From the sequence record LC768500.1: a stretch of DNA of 64,000 nucleotides; one strand, written 5' to 3'. Made by a program: the position numbers and the translations under genes. Position 1 is the first letter of the stretch, and every line of letters starts with the position of its first letter. The notes beneath the pieces were generated by a model. It saw only the letters and a program-made list of their open reading frames with translations, was not told where the DNA came from and ran no database searches. Positions 58,260 through 64,000 of the stretch are shown in pieces. The stretch comes from Klebsiella phage phiKp_32.

Positions 58260-59228
58260 ATGCCGAAAATTAGTGGCTACAAAGAACATCCGGTAATAAA
58301 AAACCTTTTCATCCATCCTACGGAAGATAATCACGTCCTGTATGTTAGGAAGAAAAAAGTATCTCGGATAAAGACCCATGTCGGTAAACGCGGATATGTG
58401 ATTTTTACTATGTGGTTAAATGGGAAATCCAAGGGTTTTCGCTTCCACAAATTGAAAGCTGAAACGTATCTCAAGAAACCCAGTTCAGACCACACCCTAG
58501 TTGTCAATCATAAGGACCATGTTAAGATCAATAACGATCTCGATAACCTAGAATGGGGGACTCAGAAAGAGGATGTCGATCATTCATTAAATATCCGTCA
58601 AAAACTTTTTCCCCTCTATCGGATAATGGATTTGACTACGGGGAGATGGTGTACGGCCGGCAGTCGTAAAGGGGTGATAGAAATGCTAGCTTGCACCCAC
58701 CGACAACTCTCTAACCATATTAAAGACCCTCGCTATCCATTGCTCTTCAAGTGGGAGGTAACAAGGAGTTCCACTTGGAATCTTTCAAAAGATGACGTGG
58801 GTAGATATAACCCACGAGAGCTTCTTCCTTATGTGGTAGAAAAGAATGGTGTCGTTTTTTACCTGGCGACATTAGCTGAAGTTGGTGAATTGACAAAGAT
58901 TACTAAATACACGATTACAGTTGGTTTAAAAAATCAGCCGGTTCTGCATGCCAAGGGATTCAGTGTTCGGTTCATTAATTCCTATGAAGAATGGATGAAA
59001 ACTGTTATTGAGAAATCTTATATTGATACCATGTTGAATAGAAGTAAAGGAAATAAAAAACAGATTGAGGTAATAAACACTCTTACGAAGGAAAAAACCA
59101 TGCTGAACGGAATTATAGAGTTAATGGAGTTGACTAATTATTCACGATCTACCATCGACCGGGCAATGAAAAGTATGCGTGAAGACGGATGGGTGACTTT
59201 CAAAAATCTAAAGATAAGGTTTATATAA
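58260..59228 (+). CDS. HNH homing endonuclease
   Basis: LVVNHKDHVKINNDLDNLEWGTQKEDVDHS; start MPKISGY after ggggaaatagaaATG. The ORF-track start at 58146 lies inside the terminator hairpin. Confidence 0.7.
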   Translation: MPKISGYKEHPVIKNLFIHPTEDNHVLYVRKKKVSRIKTHVGKRGYVIFTMWLNGKSKGFRFHKLKAETYLKKPSSDHTLVVNHKDHVKINNDLDNLEWGTQKEDVDHSLNIRQKLFPLYRIMDLTTGRWCTAGSRKGVIEMLACTHRQLSNHIKDPRYPLLFKWEVTRSSTWNLSKDDVGRYNPRELLPYVVEKNGVVFYLATLAEVGELTKITKYTITVGLKNQPVLHAKGFSVRFINSYEEWMKTVIEKSYIDTMLNRSKGNKKQIEVINTLTKEKTMLNGIIELMELTNYSRSTIDRAMKSMREDGWVTFKNLKIRFI

Positions 59229-59815
59229 TGGCTAAGGTATTTTTCACTTTCTCTTCGATGAATTCTGGGAAGACCACTGGATTGTTGCAATCGGCTTACA
59301 ATTACGTTGAAAGAGGAATGTCCGTCTTACTTCTTAAACCGAAACTCGATAATAGAGAAGGGGACGATCCGATAATTAAATCAAGAATAGGATTAGAAAG
59401 CGAGTGTGTTTTTATTCCTGATGACGGGGATGAATTAGTCGACCTCATTCATAATAATAAAGGTGTTTCGGCGATATTCATCGACGAGGTTCAGTTCGTT
59501 CCAGTGCGAGTGCTTAGCGCGATCATGGTAATGTGTGACACCATGGATATTCCTCTTCTCTGCTACGGTCTCCGTAACGCTTATGATGGTAAGGGATTCC
59601 CGGGATCTGATTTCTTATTACGTCACGCTGATAAACTGGTTGAATGCAAATCGATTTGTTGGTGTGGTAAAAAGGCGACCCACAACATGATGGTTGTCGA
59701 TGGGAAAGTGGTAAGGGAAACCACGTCAGGGGGAAATATGGTTGTCGGCGGTAATGAACTGTATCACGCCGTTTGCAGGTATCATTTCTTCGAAGGCAAA
59801 TACAAAGAAGATTAA
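59228..59815 (+). CDS. tk: Thymidine kinase
   Basis: MAKVFFTFSSMNSGKTTGLLQSAYNYVERG (P-loop), C-terminal zinc ribbon CWCG...C; 1-nt overlap with the HNH stop. Confidence 0.85.
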   Translation: MAKVFFTFSSMNSGKTTGLLQSAYNYVERGMSVLLLKPKLDNREGDDPIIKSRIGLESECVFIPDDGDELVDLIHNNKGVSAIFIDEVQFVPVRVLSAIMVMCDTMDIPLLCYGLRNAYDGKGFPGSDFLLRHADKLVECKSICWCGKKATHNMMVVDGKVVRETTSGGNMVVGGNELYHAVCRYHFFEGKYKED

Positions 59816-59893
59816 CTTATATTTATTTTGAGATCTACATTATCATGGTGTAAGCATAGTACGTTTTTATTTTCCTTTTTAGGAGTTAACATC

Positions 59894-60388
59894 ATGATGA
59901 GCCAACTTGTAAATATTCTGAGTGAACACAGATCGGCGTTTATTTGGCCTTCCAACATCCTTCAGTTAGAAGATGAATACTTCTATCTCTCGGTCAAGAT
60001 TACGGAGAGTGGTGTGGTCAAATGTATCTTCCGGAACAAGCTCACCAAAGACGTCCGTAAGTTCGACTTCTCTGATAGCATTTTTGATAAAGAGGGGTTA
60101 TGGGATTACTTCAATGCGATCGGCAAAGAAGTCTACGCCATTGGGATTGACTACGGTAAAGGGTTCCAGCTGAAGATGTTGTTTGAGCCGATTAAGGCGA
60201 TGATCACCGATAAGGCACATAAGCCTTATAATGGACATCTTCCAAGAGACGTAAGAGCACCACTATTTTCCCCGGTTAACGCCCACAGCATTTATCTCGA
60301 CGAAAACGGCGAAGTCACACTCGATGGCTTCGAATGGGCTTCTCGTGGATTGCAATTAAAAATCATCGAAGAGCTCTTAATTAACTAA
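59894..60388 (+). CDS. Hypothetical protein
   Basis: ATG after tttttaggagttaacatcATGATG; the ORF-track start at 59828 is upstream of the RBS module. Confidence 0.5.
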   Translation: MMSQLVNILSEHRSAFIWPSNILQLEDEYFYLSVKITESGVVKCIFRNKLTKDVRKFDFSDSIFDKEGLWDYFNAIGKEVYAIGIDYGKGFQLKMLFEPIKAMITDKAHKPYNGHLPRDVRAPLFSPVNAHSIYLDENGEVTLDGFEWASRGLQLKIIEELLIN

Positions 60389-60431
60389 TTAATGTTATGC
60401 TAATTAGCTCATCACTGTAAAGAGGATTAAG

Positions 60432-60908
60432 ATGAAAAACCTGCTCGATTTAGTGCTCAAATTTTTCATTGGGCTTAACCCAGGCCTGGCCGTACTGATG
60501 GAAGGTGGTTCGATCGTCAATGTGGTTGAAAAACCAGAAATCGATCGTTACGCCGGTGATATCATGCGTCCGGACGGCACAACCAAGCTTCTGTCGGTAA
60601 CCTGGAAACCGGGTACATTTAAAGGCGTGTTCGGCCTCGATCCAGCCTTTGCTCCCGTCACGCAGGATGAAGCAGGCACCACTGAAGGTATCTTCCTGAA
60701 GACCGACGGCACGCCTTACTTTGCGTTGACGGCTGAAAATGCTACCGAAGCCAAAATCGAAGAAATCCTCGGATATGCTTTCGAAGAAGGTACGGTCGCA
60801 GTAGACACCGAAACCAAAAAGGTCAGCTTCGCAACGTCTACCATCGTTGCTGAAATCGATCTGGTCGTTATCGAAGCGGCTCCGGTGGCCGACGGCCAAC
60901 TGCCGTAA
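60432..60908 (+). CDS. Acidic hypothetical protein with high-expression-type codon usage
   Basis: ctg/ccg/cgt/ggt-biased codons; D/E-rich; followed by a TCCTAC-core terminator. Confidence 0.5.
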   Translation: MKNLLDLVLKFFIGLNPGLAVLMEGGSIVNVVEKPEIDRYAGDIMRPDGTTKLLSVTWKPGTFKGVFGLDPAFAPVTQDEAGTTEGIFLKTDGTPYFALTAENATEAKIEEILGYAFEEGTVAVDTETKKVSFATSTIVAEIDLVVIEAAPVADGQLP

Positions 60909-60916
60909 TAAGTAAC

Positions 60917-60950
60917 CTACTCCTACGTCCTTAACGGGGCGTAGGAGTAG
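60917..60950 (+). terminator. Hairpin ctactcctacg tccttaacggggc cgtaggagtag
   Basis: 11-bp stem with TCCTAC core. Confidence 0.55.
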
Positions 60951-61013
60951 TTCGTTAATTATAACTGACTTTTTTAATATATAACCACCAACGTTCATTT
61001 AGGACATAACACC

Positions 61014-61220
61014 ATGTTGTATGACGCAATTGAAGTTTGTTTTATCGTAATCTCCATTCTTTCCTTTATCTGGGTAATGAAGAAGAAAGGAACTGGGGCG
61101 ATGTTAATTATTGCGTTTTCTATTGTTGTCGTGGCAGGATGTCGTTATCAAGATAACGCCGATACCGAACAAGCTTTAGAGCATCCAAAATATACCAAAT
61201 CTAACTGCGGCTGTTTATAA
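61014..61220 (+). CDS. Small membrane protein
   Basis: VCFIVISILSFIWVM ... MLIIAFSIVVVAGC. Confidence 0.45.
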   Translation: MLYDAIEVCFIVISILSFIWVMKKKGTGAMLIIAFSIVVVAGCRYQDNADTEQALEHPKYTKSNCGCL

Positions 61221-61232
61221 GAGGAACTGATT

Positions 61233-61526
61233 ATGTTTTATGATTTAGTCAAGGTTTGCAAGGAACTCGTATTTTCTCATACCTTCAACGAAAGCAATCC
61301 TGACAAGGGTTACTTCGATACCTGGAAGTGGCGTAAGTTACTCATTAACGTGGTAAGCGTAACGTATCACACCCCTAAGCTTGCCGCGCTCAGTCCGCTC
61401 TTAAAGGCTATTTCCAGTAAGCAAGACGGGCTGACAATTTCCCCACAAACCGACAGCCAAGGACGGGTCACGCGAATTACGGTGACACACAATAATAAAT
61501 CAGTGGGTTTCAGATTCAAACGTTAA
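61233..61526 (+). CDS. Hypothetical protein
   Basis: 97-aa ORF. Confidence 0.45.
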   Translation: MFYDLVKVCKELVFSHTFNESNPDKGYFDTWKWRKLLINVVSVTYHTPKLAALSPLLKAISSKQDGLTISPQTDSQGRVTRITVTHNNKSVGFRFKR

Positions 61527-61539
61527 AGGAATAATCGTC

Positions 61540-62112
61540 ATGGGATACATCGAGCTTAAACACGGAACTGATAAAGACTACGTTCCCTACCGCACCAATG
61601 ACATCTACGAATTAGATGAAGATATCACCGTCTTAACCGACGATACTCGGGTTATCGACGAAAATAAAGAAACCTACTTTTTTGTGCCAGGGGTGGACGC
61701 AGAAAACATCAAGGTTAAGGTCGGTGACGTGAACCAGTTTTTACTTTTCTGGCCCGTGAAGGAAGGGGTTGAAATCAGACTTGTTTCGTTTGGGACTGGT
61801 AGAAAAACCACAAAAGTGGTTGGGTTCCTCATGACCGAGTTTCATCACCATTCCATTTACGCCAGCGTGTTCTCGTCCCTGCTGCATCGAGAATCGAAAA
61901 TGAATTTCCGCAGTAATAAACTGGCTACAGGGATCATGTGTAAATTACTTCACCGGTGCCTCAAAAGCTTTAAGCTCAAGCATCCTTCGCTCGGACGTAT
62001 CTATCTCGATATCGTATCTGATAACGGTGTTATTAAGTACGTTAACCAACACGGTAATTTTAGTGGATTGTATTATCGATTCAATCCAGGATTTAAACCA
62101 GAATTACGCTAG
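61540..62112 (+). CDS. Hypothetical protein
   Basis: 190-aa ORF. Confidence 0.45.
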   Translation: MGYIELKHGTDKDYVPYRTNDIYELDEDITVLTDDTRVIDENKETYFFVPGVDAENIKVKVGDVNQFLLFWPVKEGVEIRLVSFGTGRKTTKVVGFLMTEFHHHSIYASVFSSLLHRESKMNFRSNKLATGIMCKLLHRCLKSFKLKHPSLGRIYLDIVSDNGVIKYVNQHGNFSGLYYRFNPGFKPELR

Positions 62113-62120
62113 GAAAAAAT

Positions 62121-62663
62121 ATGTCAGATATTATCGCTTACAATAAAGCGCGGCTGGTTAATGGGTTTGAACTCGTTTGCCATCATCGCACTATTCACCT
62201 GTTCGAAGATGTTTTCGAGAAGGGCAGGTACAATAAAGAGTTCGTTGCTAAATTTGACGAACTGGAAGTATTTTTGGATGTTCGTTACGCGATCATCTTA
62301 GGGAGAAAAGATAAAGATCTCACACTGCATCTAATTCGCAGTAATGCAGCTCGTGAGATCGTCAGCTGGGATTATCATTACAAGTCCAATGATAACCGAT
62401 CTGACAATTGGAAGATGGAGGCCATCGGGCAGTTTATCATCAGTGACATGGAGCAGGGGTATTTCTCCCTCTCCCCTGGTTATCGAAGTGATATCAACGA
62501 CCTACTGACTTATATCGGTGGTCAAGAGAAAGAGGTCAATATTCGCAATACAGAAATCAGCGTCAGTGAGGGTAAATTTAACTTCGTAGGCCGTAACGGA
62601 CAGATCGGCCCGGGTTTGTTATCAGAGACCAAACCCGTTAACCTCATTAAGTTGTGGGCATAA
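62121..62663 (+). CDS. Hypothetical protein
   Basis: 180-aa ORF. Confidence 0.45.
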   Translation: MSDIIAYNKARLVNGFELVCHHRTIHLFEDVFEKGRYNKEFVAKFDELEVFLDVRYAIILGRKDKDLTLHLIRSNAAREIVSWDYHYKSNDNRSDNWKMEAIGQFIISDMEQGYFSLSPGYRSDINDLLTYIGGQEKEVNIRNTEISVSEGKFNFVGRNGQIGPGLLSETKPVNLIKLWA

Positions 62664-62664
62664 T

Positions 62665-62701
62665 AATAACTCCTACTCCCGATAAGGGAGTAGGAGTTAT
62701 T
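62665..62701 (+). terminator. Hairpin family A copy with inverted loop (aataactcctactccc gataa gggagtaggagttatt)
   Basis: Same 16-bp stem as 13900, but the loop is the reverse complement (gataa vs ttatc), so the element is inserted in the opposite orientation. Confidence 0.7.
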
Positions 62702-62732
62702 AACTTTTTTGTTTTTAGAATAGGAGGGTGTA

Positions 62733-63986
62733 GTGCACGATGATTTTTATGACCGCCATGACCACGTTTTCGTTTTCGTGCAAAAATTTGATTTAGCTCA
62801 TCCTGAACTAATAGACCGAACCGTAGAGGAGAAATTCGAAATTTATACTAAGGACTATCCCGATTATGATTGTTGGGCTCAACTGGTTTATTATTTCAAG
62901 GACGGCGGGGTGTTTTCACCAGAAGGGGTGAGACTTTCAATGAGGGGGATGGTGGTTTCTCCGTTGAAAAGACTCAACCGACCCATCCACGAAAGAATAA
63001 ACGAAATGGTGTTCAGGGAAGGGGCGAAAAAACAGTCAGGTTATCCTAGGATAATGATCGGCGATTTAGGACTTTCAATGCACAGACTGATCGCATCTAC
63101 TTTCATAAAAAGACCCGATCATTTAAAGCTTATCCCATTTATGCTTTTACACGTCAATCATAAAAATGGGATTAAGAACGATTACAGACCTAATAACTTA
63201 GAATGGACTACTCCTAAGGAAAACGCGATCCATAGCGCCATGACGGGACTCACGCCACAGGGACTAGCCCACACAAAAACAATATCGGTACTCGGGTTCT
63301 TCTCTTTACCAGGAAAGTGGTTCGGGAAAACCATTTCATTTAGTGGAAATAAAGAGATTAATTCCGCAGAACTGTTTTCTCAAACAATGATACACGAAAA
63401 GGTTAGGGAAGGTGGGTTGTACAAGGGTTTTAAGTGGATTAGCGTATCTGAAGAAGAGTATAACAACCATCCACACGGTTTAGAAGATCCAGAATTTAAG
63501 AGATTTATCGACGAAGGGGGAAACACTTACCTTGATGAAAGAACTAATTTTCTTATAGGGACAGTGATTCACGAATGCGCTTATAAAGGGCTGCAATTTA
63601 TTATTTTCGGTGAAACAATGATCGAGCGTAACGGATTCCCGGCTAATCGTTTAATGGAGTTTTATAAATCCAAAGAATCGGATTCTTATTTATCAAAGGG
63701 ATGTCTTTTTGTGAGGGGGGATCTGTCCGACCTTGAAAAATTTCCGCGTGGAATACCCGATGAGCTGGTAACCATTTTATCTAGGGAGAGGGGAGATAAG
63801 TTCTATCCCGTGATCGCCAATAAAGATGGAGAGGATAAGTTATTTGCATCTAAAGAAGAGTTATCCGCGAACGGGTTTATTTATAAAGAGGTTAAGAAAA
63901 ATATACGGGGAGAGACGGGAAGTCATAGGGGTCACGCATTCAGATGGGCGGAACGATTATCGGGGTCGTTCCAACCGTCAGACTAG
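62733..63986 (+). CDS. HNH homing endonuclease (GTG start)
   Basis: LHVNHKNGIKNDYRPNNLEWTTPKENAIHSAMTG. Confidence 0.7.
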   Translation: MHDDFYDRHDHVFVFVQKFDLAHPELIDRTVEEKFEIYTKDYPDYDCWAQLVYYFKDGGVFSPEGVRLSMRGMVVSPLKRLNRPIHERINEMVFREGAKKQSGYPRIMIGDLGLSMHRLIASTFIKRPDHLKLIPFMLLHVNHKNGIKNDYRPNNLEWTTPKENAIHSAMTGLTPQGLAHTKTISVLGFFSLPGKWFGKTISFSGNKEINSAELFSQTMIHEKVREGGLYKGFKWISVSEEEYNNHPHGLEDPEFKRFIDEGGNTYLDERTNFLIGTVIHECAYKGLQFIIFGETMIERNGFPANRLMEFYKSKESDSYLSKGCLFVRGDLSDLEKFPRGIPDELVTILSRERGDKFYPVIANKDGEDKLFASKEELSANGFIYKEVKKNIRGETGSHRGHAFRWAERLSGSFQPSD

Positions 63987-64000
63987 GACGTATCATGTGG

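Noticed and set aside
1-64000. CRISPR array, integrase/attachment site, rRNA
   Set aside because: No spaced direct repeats, no tyrosine/serine recombinase motifs and no rRNA-like stretches were seen. The content is consistent with a strictly lytic phage.

Overview
This window reads as part of a large virulent dsDNA phage genome, T4/rV5/jumbo-myovirus-like. GC looks low-to-mid 40s % by eye. No integrase, rRNA or CRISPR array is present.

Positions 1-12.4 kb are a tandem array of receptor-binding (tailspike/tail-fibre) genes. Each has the same ~60-aa N-terminal anchor module (M-T-x-P-T-x-N-x-IPS...FN.EK.D..VNSD...Y.DRFG.KR.T..G) followed by a different beta-helix-like C-terminus. Each has its own terminator hairpin. 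A seventh copy is inverted at 15.5-17.3 kb. One tailspike is split exactly at a G6 homopolymer.

The rest (17.4-64 kb) is almost entirely plus-strand: about 80 small early-type ORFs. Recognisable among them are:
- nucleotide metabolism: dihydrofolate reductase, thymidylate synthase, thymidine kinase, MazG;
- other enzymes: PhoH, GNAT, a PP-loop ATPase, a SAM methyltransferase, a metallophosphoesterase, a DEDDh exonuclease, a classic AAA ATPase, a Pol-beta-type nucleotidyltransferase;
- a GroEL-like chaperonin and three free-standing HNH endonucleases;
- an intact IS200/IS605-type TnpB;
- three small HTH regulators: a HigA-like antitoxin homologue, an AlpA-like protein and an XRE-like protein.

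Two recurring sequence elements stand out. A stereotyped translation-initiation module (T-run + TTTAGGA(A/G) + 5-9 nt + ATG) sits in front of dozens of genes. A family of near-identical terminator hairpins is built on a TCCTAC core.

The best candidates for novel biology are:
- the multi-tailspike arsenal with its poly-G switch;
- the phage-borne TnpB with a possible omega-RNA region;
- the orphan antitoxin HTH;
- the acidic-paralog/HTH cassette;
- the exonuclease-AAA-nucleotidyltransferase cluster.
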